Positions 11,418 through 24,183 of a DNA stretch of 64,000 nucleotides are shown piece by piece; within the stretch, counting starts at the first letter, position 1; each line of letters starts with the position of its first letter. The notes beneath the pieces are model-generated. The model had not been told where the DNA came from. It worked only from the letters and a program-made list of their open reading frames with translations, and ran no database searches. This DNA comes from Lepidodermella squamata (Eukaryota; Animalia; Gastrotricha): the NCBI GenBank assembly GCA_047495785.1, contig JBLDXI010000023.1:682001-746000 (forward strand). The letters run 5' to 3'. Made by a program: the position numbers and the translations under genes.

Positions 11418-13214
11418 TTACTTCATCATTTTATTCAAATAAAATGCGAGGAAAAAACAGACAATGAACATAGAAGTAATGCCTATGGCTATGTCAGCAA
11501 TTCGAACGAAGCGAATTTCTACAGTTTTTAGCATCACTACCCTCACAGCGATTTCAGATGAGGAAAACGAAGAGACGATGAGAGAATAAAGCGTTATTAT
11601 AACGCTAACAACGAGATCGACGACTAGAAATTGAACAAGATAAACCTCTTCGGATGTTTTCGGAATGTTCGCGAAAACAATGGTAAGAAGTACAGCCAAC
11701 GATAAAACGACCGTCATGCCGAAAGTCGGCCGATCCGGGGCAGTTGGTTCGATGAAAAGGCCGAAAACTTGCAGGATGAACAACGCGATTACGGGTAGAA
11801 ATATATTCGCGACAAAGTAGTTGTATTTTCGCTTCAGATAAAAATGAAGTTTGACATTGCTTTGCTGTAGCCCACTTAAACGCTGAACAATGCTGGACGT
11901 GTAGTTGAGAGGAGCAGCCACGTCCCATATATCAGTTGGCCCGAGAAGCTCTGAAGTTGGATCCTTTGAGAAAGTGATTTGTCCAAAAATGGCTATTTTA
12001 CCGCCAGCAGCATGTTCGAATTCGATATAACAGTGTAACGTGTCGAAGGGGAATCGTGCGAAACTGAAGCCGATGCAGCTTGATGTCAGTGATGAAAAAG
12101 TCCAATAAAATGCCAATTTGGTGAGCGGCAGGACAGCTTGGGTAAATTGAATAATTGATATTTAATAGGTCTGACATCTAAAACTTTCTCCCTAAAATAT
12201 CCGGGGATCTAATAGAAAAATGAGAACAAATAATTTTGCTTTTTCATTTGGTGTCAAATTTGGCTCCGCAGCAGTCACATTTGATTTCTTGTTTCTTTTC
12301 ATTTATAATTTTCTAATAGTTTTCATTAGTCCTGATCGAAATTTTTAAACTCGCATGTCTCCATCTATCACGGTTTAGGCTGTGCGAAAATAGGTCGAAA
12401 TCGCCATATCCACCCAACTGCTTTAGCCAATTATTTCGAGTAGCCCCTAATTTCTGTATCAGATGCTTCCAACAGTGGTTTCCGATATTTTAAACATTTT
12501 TGCTCGCTAACTGTCCCCCTCACTGATACCACCGATAACATTTATAGTTTGAATCATACTTCACAAATCCGCATTCAGATCGGTATACAACTTTTCCAGC
12601 TTCAATAATTCAGCCCCATCTGCCCAGATTTTGGGGTGCACGCCTGGGCAGATTGCTTCACTGCTTCACAATGAAAACGTAATCTAATGTTTTTACCTAA
12701 GTAATACTTGGCAGCGGTGTCGAGTGGGAAAGGATCGTGCAGAGCGTTTATGTGAATAACAGTCGGCCACCAAAAAGATTCCCGCTTTTTCGCGAAGTAG
12801 ACATAATACTCGATATCAGGCGACGAGCCTTCCATCAAATCATCGGCTGTAAAATCATCGGGGCATGGCAGGTTCCACTGCAGTACGACATCTGTGAAAA
12901 CTGTCAATCTGTCAAAAACAGCTTAGAATGATATGAAATTGTTGATAAAATTCGCCCTACGTTTGGCCTAAATCGTCCACTTCTGAGATCCTGTGCACCG
13001 AAACTTGCAGATCGACGAGCATCGGCGTGAAATTCGTTTGTAGCGAAAGCTCCATGGCTACATCGGTGTCATACGCTAGCGGGCACAACTCGGCGAATTT
13101 CGCCTCCAGGGTCCTGCTCTTGCTAACTCGGGGTGATGGCAGGTTCTGAATCGATTCCGAAATTCGGAATAGTTCGGAAAGGGCGACCGCCAGATTCAGA
13201 GAAAATCTCGCCAT
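11418..13214 (-). CDS. Divergent Cys-loop ligand-gated ion channel subunit A5
   Basis: Exons 13214-12961, 12908-12697, 12136-11418; close paralog of A3 at an offset of ~7131 bp. Confidence 0.9.
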
Positions 13215-14197
13215 TTTTGCAAATCAAGCTTGCCGGTGTTAGGTTAGTGCAAGGTTTTTTCATCAATCGATAGATGCATATTTGGACAGAGCCAATTATC
13301 TCACTACAAGATTCCAGTGTTTTCGTTTGATTAATTTTTAACAAACCAACTTTTTAAACTGAGAAGCTAAAAATGACCGGCTTACGTTTAAACTACGAAC
13401 TGGGCTCTGCATTAATTAGGCCTTCAAACGCCGGAACAGATGCGCATGGTTTTATAAATTTCATAAAATCTGATATTTCATGTATTTCAATGACCAGGCT
13501 CATAAAACACTGGTTATCTGGAGATACAATTTTCCAATTCACCAGTTGTAGTTGGCTTGACTCGGTCGGACATTATAGTGAAGCCGTACGCCAGTCACCA
13601 AAGCTAAGCTAGCGATGACTAAAAAGCCGTTACTTTTCTGTATTTGTCCGGACCTAATCATCGCATGGCAGCGAATTCGAAGAAAACGTGCCTGACTTCC
13701 CACAGTAATTAGCCGTTTATTTTGGCACATCGAGAATGTAAGGCCTATTCAAGGCAGCGCCAACGGAGGCTTTCTTCAAGTCGTTAACATGAGCTCTCAC
13801 GTCACCAGGCTGATTTTTGTGTACATTTTTGCTGCGCTAGTCAATGTTTTCGAAGCAAACGAAATTTTAACTTTCAAACTACCAGAACTGCCATTTTGTA
13901 TTGATTGCTTCCAAGCTCGAAGAACTGCAATGACCGCAGTGTTGGACTCTTTCGACCGGTATTTCCCCGGTGTTTGCCCTGAAATTTTTCGTTCACTCGT
14001 TATACAGTATGGGGCATAAATATTGGGCAGACTTTATTTCTACGCAGCGCAGTCATTTTGGCTCCGATTTCTACATATCTTACACGTTGGAAAGTCCATG
14101 AAAAAAGTTTATTCCCCCTAAGTTTCACTCAAGGGATCCGCTTTTAATCTTCCAGCATCAAGAATTACAGAATTTGATAAAAGATGTGTTTTCTTTC

Positions 14198-15378
14198 TTA
14201 GATGTTTCGCCATTCGAGGCTTCTGCTTAGAAGTAACCCAACTGTGACATAAGATATCAAGTACAGGGTTAAAACGAGATGGAAAACAACAACATCAAAA
14301 AGCAAATATAGAGCAACTTTTTTGCCTAAAATCGATACGTATTGCCCAGTGAATCCTGGGAACATGGCGAGACATCCGCACATGATCGCCTCGTATATTA
14401 GCACACACAGAGTAGCTATGGCAGCTTGTGACAAGCTGAAGATCCCAGCGGCGACTGGGTTGGGCGTTTTCGGCAAATGGGCCAGAGCGATGTCTTGAAG
14501 AAAGAAAATCGACAGCATAACAGTGCAGGCGAAAGCAGGACGATCTGGAACCTCGGCCGGGATGATAAATGACGCCATAACCAGCAAACTGAGAATTAAG
14601 CTCGGTGCAAATAGGTACGTTAGAAAATATTGCGGTTTCCGCTTAAATTCGAAGCTGAAACTGGCAAACGATAGGTTGACATCATATGCTATTGTGCCGC
14701 ACGATGAGTTACGCTTAGAAATATCATGTTCCCAGCCTGAATTTGCCCTCATAAACGGCTTCTTGTGGGGAAGGAACAACGCTTTTGTGATTATGGAGTA
14801 ATAATCGCTTTGGGATAGTTCGAACTCGACCTTGCAAACTTGGATATCGAAAGGGAAGATGCTCACATCCAAATCGCAATAGGACGTAAACTTTCCTGTC
14901 AGACTGAACACAACGACGCCTTCGTCCACCCAAATTTTAAGACTCCGATAAAATCCGTCGATCATCGCTGGATTTTCGATTGCATTATCGTTTAGCAAAT
15001 CCGGGAACCAGTATTTACTAAGGTCTTCTTTTGACAGCATATACACGCCAGGCTACACTACCGTTGCGCGACACGCGACACATTCCTATACAAATCGGCA
15101 ATGCATTCCATTTCATAGGTGACGTATAGTGAACCGTATATAGTGAAAGTTTCAGCAACGTCATCGATATCGACGAAACGCTTTGGCAGTAGTTCCAGCT
15201 GGAGAAAAATCGCTTCTTTCTCGAATTCGATAGGTGTGTTGACAGACGGGCCAATTCGACAGTTGTCCAGGATCGTTGCGGTCGGGTCGAACTTCCAGAT
15301 GCTGTCGTTGTTTGCAGGCTTTGACAGAGCATAGTTGAGTATGAAACCTACAAAGAACGCCTTTACTTCGTTTGACAT
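14198..15378 (-). pseudogene. Intronless pLGIC subfamily B gene B1, frameshifted
   Basis: A 7-bp duplication (GTGTCGC x2) and an ~8-bp deletion at ~15040-15082 relative to paralogs give TAG at 15058. The rest is a complete pLGIC (CDLDVSIFPFDIQVC, PDRPAFACTVML). Confidence 0.8.
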
Positions 15379-16226
15379 TTATCTCAACTGGAGGGATGAA
15401 GATAATCAAGTCACAAGTGCAAACCCCAGATGCTTACTCATGAAATTGTTTTACCATCCACCCAACTCAGCGTGATCCAATTTCCTCATCCGTTCGGCAT
15501 CGAAACCAAGAGGAATATCATCGAGAAGTTTTACACTAGGGTATGGAAGGCCAATATTGTATTAAATTGCCTAAAAAACAATCTACCCATACTCAATAAC
15601 CTGCGAAAAGCAATTTCATACCAGAGTAACCAGTAAACCTCCCCGTATCTGAAAATACGGGTCAAAAATCTTCCCGTGCGATTTTTTTAATTGTCCGCCT
15701 TATCAATCATCAACGCTTTATCATTAAATCGGTAGTTATCTTTCTGCAGTTATCGGTTATGAGGATGGTACATCCTCTATCGAAAAGTTTCACTTCAACT
15801 TGAAGAAGGGTTACTTGCGTCAGGCATAATTTCGAATTTTATGCGAGAGATTTTGTAATATTATATTGAATAAGCATGGAGGGCAAATAAAGTATCGAGG
15901 TAATCTAAAAAACTTCACACTCAGTAACTTGTGCCAAGCAATTTCACGTCAATATCGCTTAGAGGGAAAATAAAATTCCAAACTCCAGACTCAAGGAATG
16001 TCAAGTGTCTTTTTGAAGCATTGTATTATCAAGAAGTGGCTGAATGATTTATTCATTTCTCCCAGGGTCTTAGCTGCATTTATTGGAGATCTGTTCGGGA
16101 TTTCACTAAGGTTGAAGATTCACAATTTACAGCCCATTCACAACTCATCACAAAAACGAGAAGAATTATGTGAACATTAAATAAATTGGTACTATGAATT
16201 AATATCCAAGGTTATACGGTTATTCA

Positions 16227-19200
16227 TTATTCGGGTTGCCGACTAGCATTCCAGATGAAGTAAAGGTTGACGCCGAGTAGGGCTTCGAAAGTCACCATGA
16301 ACGCAACTATATCGTACATGCGGATCAGCTCGAGAGCTGGCAGAATTTTCGACTTGACAACCATTGTGTACTTTGCCTCGTATTTCGTAACCAGAGCTGA
16401 GACAACAATCTGGTACATGGCGATAACAGCGATGGTGCCAGTCATTCCGAGTACGTAATTAGCATACAAAATTTGCTGGTTGGTCTCCGGGACGCTTCGA
16501 AGTACGTCAGACTGGGCCACGATGAGTGCAAGCATTATGGTGCAACATATAGCCGGGCGATCTGGAGCACCGGGGTCCATGAAAAATGTTCCAAAGCCGA
16601 GAGTCAAAAGCATGTAGCACGGGACTATCATATTCACTATAAAGTAACCCGGGTCTCGTTTGAACGTCAGAGTGACTTTCGTGTAAGAAACTGTTTCGCT
16701 AAGCTGCGCTGGTGATGATATGGTCCCGTGACTAGTTTTCCGCGAGCTGTACACCCAAACGCCACTGGTAACCCTATCAGGCATACGAACATGTACCCCG
16801 CCGAACGAGATAAATTCTGAGGGCTCGTCGAATACAATTGTCAAGTCACAAGTTTGCGAATCGAACGGGAAAGTTGTCATATCGAGGTCGCAATCTGTTG
16901 CAAACAAACCGACGCGATTCCAGTGGAAAAACAGCGTGCGGTTCGGCGTAGTCGGGTAGTAGGCGATGTCCAACTTATCGCTAGCCTCCGAATCCGTGGT
17001 TGAATCAAAATTTGGGGTTGAATTCGCAAAAATCACTGTAGGTCGCCAAATATCTCTGCGGCGCGTCGACACCAGCCGTTCTTTCAAGTCGCCATCCGGA
17101 GCAGTATAATCGGCCTCGCAAGAATTAACAACCCATTGCAGAAGCATCGAGCCCCACAACGAAACCTGCTGCTCGGATGTATCAACCCTCACGAGCCGTT
17201 CGAAGGTTAGAGTCACGTATACTTTAGTTCCGATCTCAGGCATGCGTTGCTTCACACTCAAATACGGGCAAGGTATTAGATCGTCAACTTCGACCGTTGG
17301 GATTGCATTCCCTTTGAAAAGCAGCGGGATTGGAAAGCCGTCCAGTTCATTTGTCGCGTTCAAGTCATGGAGATATTCAATTTTAGCCTTGTCATGTTTT
17401 TCATCAACCACCGATGTTTTAACCTGAGGGGGTAGTTTTGTACTGGGCTTGAATGTTGAAATCAGAGTGGTTGACGTTCGAATCGTAGACGAAGTTGAAA
17501 TCGGACTGGTCGAAGTTGAAATTGGAGTGGTTGAAGTCCGAATAGGAAAAGTCGGCGTTGTCGGAGTAGTTGAAGTTGATGACGTCAGATTTTTAGCTTG
17601 CAGCTGGGTGCTATTTCCTTCCGTGAGCCACCAGACGTATCTGAAAAATCACAATAATTACAAAAATAATTCCACCCTATTTCACCTCAAATCCATTCAA
17701 TCCCTAAAAGAGAGAACGACGAAGAGAGATATGCTCATGCTAGAAGGTAAGAATAAGTAACAAAGCAGATTATAGTTACGCGTTTCTTATGAAGATGTCA
17801 GCGTTGTCGCCTCTCATGCTTGATAGGTAGTAGCTATGAGTTCCCCTTTCGTAGTAGACATTGGCGAAGCAAATAGCACTCGGCGTGTCGCCGTTAGCCG
17901 GCAGTGGCGATATTGCGAGCTGCGGGAAAGGGATTTTGTTAATTTGAAATCTTGACTCATCGCGCCAAGTACAATGTATCATTTTCTAGCGAACAGTCTG
18001 ATTTTGGGCATAACAAATTTACACGGTCTAAATTTGCTCGATTTTTCACTGGAACTATTGTAATTTTCGGTTTTATTATTTCGGACTGTTTTGCTCTTTG
18101 TAGTAAATATGGAATTAAATGCATTCCCCAGTTCTTATTCATGTCCTGGCTACGTAAAAACTCACCGTCACCAGATTGTTAGGATTTTGAATAATGAGGC
18201 GGTACTTGGCAGTTCCATTCTGTGCAGAAAATAGCGACGTTAGGCCGCATGCTGGCTGCGTGGAGATGCTGTAGTTCAAAGGTACTGCAGTCACATTCGC
18301 TTGCGTGCCATTTGCAAAAGTTGCAAAGATTTCACCCCCATTATTGACTAAACGCTGCCAAATATATATTCCCCCGTAGCCTTTGACCGCGTTGTAAGAT
18401 GAGCCCCCACCCAGTGCCTCTAAATAAGTAAGTGAATGGATGCAAGCATAGAGAAAATGCTACTAGCTACGACAAACCTGCACTGGGGGCAAGCCACAGC
18501 GGAGCGATGTTCAGACCGAGCCAAGCCTCAGAATTTGTGTAGTAAACATCGACATCCATCTCGATGCGCCAGAATACTTGATAAGCGTTGCCGATCTCCT
18601 TCAAAGTCAGAGAATTGCAAGAGTATAGACTTCACTTAAGATTTCACACTTAAGATTCACTTAAGATTTCACAACTAGTCTATTTTAACTATTTAACGAC
18701 AAACTCTAATCTAGAATTATAAGCATGGTCTTTTACCGTGAACATATCAATACTCCACATGCTTCCGCTTTTAGTTGATTGTCTAAAGCCCACCCCGTCG
18801 TAGAGTTTAGATAATGCAAATTTCCGACTCGCATGAATCGCTGGATAGTTGCCCATTGCATCGAAGCTCGATGGAGTATGGAGCAGCGGCTGTCCTGCCC
18901 ATCCGTTGGCGAGCGGCAGGGTGTACTCATCTGGAACAGGGGCAGTTGTGGCTTGCAGATTCCAGAAATAGCTTAAAAATTAGCATAGAAAGAATATACA
19001 ATTTATATACGCCATGAAAGTAGCATTTTACAGTCGTTTAACCAAAACTTCGCCATCAAGTCCATTAATGCCGATGAAAAACAGATAGTTCACCAAGCCG
19101 TTTGTCAGGCTGAAGTCAGACCCACTCATCTTTATATTAGTCAAACAAGTGGCCGGTGGTAGGATTTTGCTTCCGTCGAGGGGAACTATCGTAACCTATT

Positions 19201-20200
19201 GAAAGAAGAAATATGACCTTCCGTTACAAAGGGGTTTACTCCTGGAAGTCGAAGTTTTCTAGTTACACGAGAAAAGAACCCAATAATTGCCGAAATTCCC
19301 GTATTTTAGATAATACGGTTTGACCTCGTTAGAAGTTTGAACTGGATCTGAATTCAAAGCTCCGGCGAATTCGAAATATTTTAAAGAACAGGTGAGAATT
19401 TAGAATTGGGGAAGTTGGAAGTTGGCTATATTGAAGGATTGAGTTCGCTTACGTTTGCTTTTTCATTGACGCTCTGCAAAATCATGCGGTAAGACGTGGA
19501 GCCGGACGCGTTTAACACCAGATTGCTACCGCAGCCTGGCGCCGAAATATCCTCCGGCCTTACTTCCGTTGGAATCGAAAAATTCTTGGATTTATCCCCG
19601 TTGTCGTAGTAAGCATAAACGCGACCACCAACTTCTAACTTCTGCCACACGGTGAGGCCAGCACCGTATTGTTTAAAGCCGTCGTAGTGCTGCGACTTGT
19701 TCGTCATCCGCACTAGAAAAAAAATTCAGCCGTTGTAAGAAACAGTAAACAAAATATCAAGATTTCCCACCTGGAGTATACGCGAAATATCTACCCAACC
19801 CGAAGCCGAACCAAGCGCTCGAATTACTAGTTTTATAATTAACAGTAACTTCGAATTCAGCTCGCCATGGCCAGATTGTCCTCAGCAATCTTTCCATCAC
19901 CTGTTTTTAATATGTTTAACATAGCTTAATATACTGTATGTATTTAATAGATTTTGAGCTGGATTACCAGACTTCTAGCGGTGCCAAAGCTTCTGTTCTG
20001 GCTTTGCTGCATCGAGTTGAGACTGTAGCCGCTAGTAGCATCGACGGCGCTGTAATCTAGGGTGACAGCATTTTCTGCGTCAATCGCCCAGTTCCCACGA
20101 TCGAATGATACGCGCGGAAGATAACGGGGCGCCGCAGCAAACAGTTCAGGTAGCGGGACTGAAGCTGTGTCCGGCGCTGGATTGCTCCCACACGAGGCAT
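16227..20200 (-). CDS. Chimeric pLGIC C1: two tandem unrecognised domains + S/T/P stalk + Cys-loop channel (first exon not located)
   Basis: Exons 20200-19968, 19900-19771, 19712-19453, 19195-19032, 18971-18737, 18598-18478, 18419-18166, 17919-17780, 17640-16227, all GT-AG and phase-compatible (~983 codons). The last exon carries the stalk, CDLDMTTFPFDSQTC and four TM segments. Confidence 0.85.
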
Positions 20201-20605
20201 CTAAAACGAATCAACAACTTTAAAGGATCTTTACAGCCTTACACTATACAAAAACCTGTTTATGAGCGGATTATTAGCTTAGGGCTTAGGGACAAAATGC
20301 TCATGCTAATGAACCCGATATCTTTCCTAGTTCTCTTTCCAGAGTCCAGAACGATTTTTCCAAGCTATTCCTAACCTTCACGCGTACAAATGTTCAGAAA
20401 GGTTAGTCATTGTTGAGGAAATCATTTAGTTGATGAGCAATGCTGGCTCATACCTATTCTTTCACTTTAATTCCAAAAGCAGGAAGGATAATTGATAATT
20501 AATCGACAATGAAAATTTGTGCTCAAATGCAGCGGTTCGTAAATAAAGAAATTCCTACCGCTGTCATGCCGCACATTACGCAGTTCTTCATGTGGACGTA
20601 CACGT

Positions 20606-20999
20606 CATAGAGAAAAAATGAACAGAGTAAGCACTCAAGCTAAAATTTCAGAATCTTCATTTTCATTCAAAGTTGAATTTCTCAAAACAGATATCTCCAG
20701 TTTTCACCAAATTTTGCATGAATATAGAACGCGAGCTGCTCTTTCACGTGGTATAAGATTCGAGGTGGGCAACCCACAAAACCTCTTTTTCACTATGGTT
20801 TAATCTATTTTGATGAGATCAAGACTGAGCAGAAATTGCCCACCTCAAGTCTTATACCACGTGAGAGAAGCAGCTCGCGCTCTATATGCATGCAAAGTTT
20901 GGTGAAAAACGGAGATATCCGTTTTGAGAAAGCACTCGATTAATAATGCAGATCAAAAGTTTAGCTTGAGTGCCTAGTCTGGTCAGTTTTTTCTCTATG
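20606..20999. mobile_element. hAT-type foldback MITE (CATAG...CTATG termini), copy 1
   Basis: ~165-bp imperfect inverted arms; degenerate 8-bp TSD gtacacgt/gcccacgt; second copy at 43742-44143. Confidence 0.85.
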
Positions 21000-23025
21000 G
21001 CCCACGTGTATCGCAGCACGATAAAAAAAATTCTCTGCATTCTCCCATACAAAAAAGGGTGCATTTGTTAAATATTTTGATATAATGATTAATGATATTG
21101 ATATAAACCATTGGCGATGTTATAAATATCAAAGAATGCAAATATATTTATATATTTTAGTCAGAAAAATGTCTTACATCCAGCGTATACAAAAATTGCA
21201 GGGAAAATGCTGAAGATTGTGTTTGTCAGGCTATCCATAACTTCCGAATTCGCCTGAAGATGAAATGATAATGGCGAAACTGTTAAATAGGTCACAGTTT
21301 GCTTCCAAATACGGGCTTTGCACTTAAGCTGCGCTTTAGAATCGGCTAAGTAGGTGGAATTAGCAGGGACTTGTTTTGAAAGCGAATTTCTTTTCGACCA
21401 ATTTTCCCTTCTGGCTGCGTTGCTTGCTATTTTGCATAGGGCTGTAGTTTTTAATTATTTAAATGCGGGCCTTGGTATTGACTCATAATTCAATAAATCA
21501 GGCACTTTACTTTGCACTTTCGCCTAATACATTTATGTTTTTTTGTCTCTTTTCTAATTCAATTGCCTGAACAAAAAAACTTCGCGTTGAGCTGCCACTC
21601 CGCAGTTCAACTCCTGGAGACACGTAACTCATCGCAAGTAATTACTGAACGTGCACTGAAGGTGCGATTGTTCTATATCCATCATTCAGTTCGAACGGAG
21701 TGCAAAACGCCTACTAGCATCATTGCGGATGAGCTTATGAATATTGTTCCTGGTATTTATTGTCGCCCACAGACAAGTCAAGTTCATTTGAATTGCATAC
21801 TTATTTTCGGAGGTAAGTTTTTCGTTTCGATCTTTGTACCAAGATTTTTGCTTTGGTACAAGTTGCCTCGCGGCTTGGAAGAGTGTCGCCGACTTTAATC
21901 TTTACAACTTCAAAACTCGTTATAGCAATTGATATTGCCGTTATGATTTCATCTCATCCTTTGCACCCTCTCTTCTTTCTGCTCTTTTCAGATAGGATGC
22001 ACCTAATTCAGCTTAACAATATTGCTTGAATGATGACATTATTCAAAACGCAGTCATTTATTTATGTACAATTCCACACATTTGGACAGAGATTTACCCG
22101 TTTTAACGCTAAGCGGGTGAGTGTAAATAGCTTGAAATAAATAGGTGTAAATAGGTGTAAAGTTATTGACATCCACTGGGGGGGGGGGGGGATGTAGATA
22201 GCCACTTCCTATAATTATAATTGAACAGCTGTCCCGGCGTTCAAAAAGGGTTGCCGAGCTAACTCCTGAAAGCTGACGTTAATAGGTAAGCTCGTTAACA
22301 TTTTCGTATTCAATAGCTCGGCAAAAGCTCGGCGGCCCGAGTACGGCGCGCGCGAGGGCCTAACAATAGCGCTGGTTCCTATTGTTCTCCGCCTTGCTCG
22401 GGCCAACTCCTTGTTTCGAATTTGTTAAATTTGAAGTAAACGTCGCAAATGGGCATGTTTTAAAGCGGCCCGAGCGCGGAGGGGTGAAGTGCGGTTACCC
22501 GAACGCGTACGAAACAAACATATGCTGAGCTCAAGTCCGTGAGAGCTCATTCGTGTGTGTGAAGAATGTTAAAGTTTGTAAATTTGAGGGCTGTTCAATG
22601 ATCAAAGACCACGATTATAGAATTTTATTTTCGGAATGTTATCGATTCTGTTCAACAACAAAATCAAACAATAGATAAGACAAAATAGGACGCGAAAAAA
22701 ATTATACTTCGCTATTCAAGATCATCTTATCATCAGCCAGCCCACAACATTAGAAATTAGAGAGAAAGAAAGCATGTTGAAAAACAACGATATCCACAAT
22801 CATATAACGAGAAACAGGTTTTCATAATGATTCACTCACCGAGTTACGATTCCGCAAGTTCGAGAGCTACAACGACCGCAGTGTTGAATCGCAATTATTT
22901 ATGTACGCATCATAGAAAGAGTTTTAGGAATAACAACATTGCTTTTCGGCGATTCAAACTTTGATTTTCTTCCTACATCAATCAGTATACATTGATGAGG
23001 TTTAGATGTTTTGCCATTCAAGGTT

Positions 23026-24183
23026 TCAGCTCAGAATGCGGCAGATTGTGATATATGATATCAAATACATGATGAAAATGAGTTGGAAAGCTACAATATC
23101 AAAGAGCAAATATAGAGCGACTTTTTTGCCGAAAATCGATACGGATTGCTCAGTGAATCCTGGGAACATTGTGATAATTCCGCACAAGATCGCCTCGTAA
23201 AGCACACACAGAGTTGCTATGGCACCTTGTGACAAGCTGAAGATCCCTGCGACGACCGGGCTTGGGGTTTTCGGCAGATTGGCCAGAACGAGGTCTTGAA
23301 GAAAGAAAATCGACAACATAACAGTGCAGGCGAAAGCAGGGCGATCTGGGGCATCGGCCGGGATGAAAAATGACGCCATAACCAGCAAGCCGAGAATGAA
23401 GCTCGGTGCAAATAGGTACGTTAGAAAATATTGCGGTTTCCGTTTGAATTCGAATGTGAAAGTGGCAGCCGACACGTTGACATTGTATTCTATTAAGCCA
23501 AACGAGGAGGTGCGCGTGGAAAAATCATGTTCCCAGCCAGAATTGGCCTTCATAAACGGCGCTTTGTGCGTAATGAACAACGCTTTTGTAATTATGGAGT
23601 AAATTTGGCTTTGAGGCAGTTCAAAGTCGATGCTGCACTTTTGCACATCGAAAGGAAAATACGTCACGTCCATATCACAATAGGATGTGAACTGCCCTGT
23701 TAAACTAAACGTAACCCGTCCTCTGTTTTTGACCAAAATTTTAAGATCCCGGTAGAATCCGTCGACCATCGCAGCGTTTCCAATTGAATTGTCGTGTAGC
23801 ACAGCTGGAAACCAGTATTCATTCGGGTCCTCCTGCGATAGATGAAATATTTTCGGCGGCCATGCCACGCTACCCTTACGTGATACATTCCGGTACAAAT
23901 CAGCAATGCATTTCGATTCATAGGAGACGTAGAGTCTACCATAAATAGTAAACGTCTCGGCAACGTCGTCGATATTGATGAATCGCCTCGGTCGCAGTTC
24001 TAGCTCAACATGAATCGCTTCATCCTCAAGTTCGATCGGTGTGTTGACCGTCGGACCAATTCGGCAGTTGCTGAGGATCGTTGCCGTTGGGTCGAAGTCC
24101 CATACGCTGTCGTTGTTGGCTGGTTTAGCCAAGGCATAGCTGAGGATGAAACATGCTTGCACGGCTCTCAGTGCGACAGTCAT
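23026..24183 (-). CDS. Intronless pLGIC subunit B2
   Basis: 385-aa ORF: signal peptide, YWFP loop A, CDMDVTYFPFDVQKC, PDRPAFACTVML, four TM segments. Confidence 0.92.
   Translation of the reverse strand: MTVALRAVQACFILSYALAKPANNDSVWDFDPTATILSNCRIGPTVNTPIELEDEAIHVELELRPRRFINIDDVAETFTIYGRLYVSYESKCIADLYRNVSRKGSVAWPPKIFHLSQEDPNEYWFPAVLHDNSIGNAAMVDGFYRDLKILVKNRGRVTFSLTGQFTSYCDMDVTYFPFDVQKCSIDFELPQSQIYSIITKALFITHKAPFMKANSGWEHDFSTRTSSFGLIEYNVNVSAATFTFEFKRKPQYFLTYLFAPSFILGLLVMASFFIPADAPDRPAFACTVMLSIFFLQDLVLANLPKTPSPVVAGIFSLSQGAIATLCVLYEAILCGIITMFPGFTEQSVSIFGKKVALYLLFDIVAFQLIFIMYLISYITICRILS

Noticed and set aside
17449-17760. Val/Glu-rich + strand ORF (also 29281-29511)
   Set aside because: Reverse complement of the Thr/Ser stalk of the C genes.
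21512-21898. 128-aa + strand ORF
   Set aside because: Non-ATG start, no motif, no paralog or splice support.
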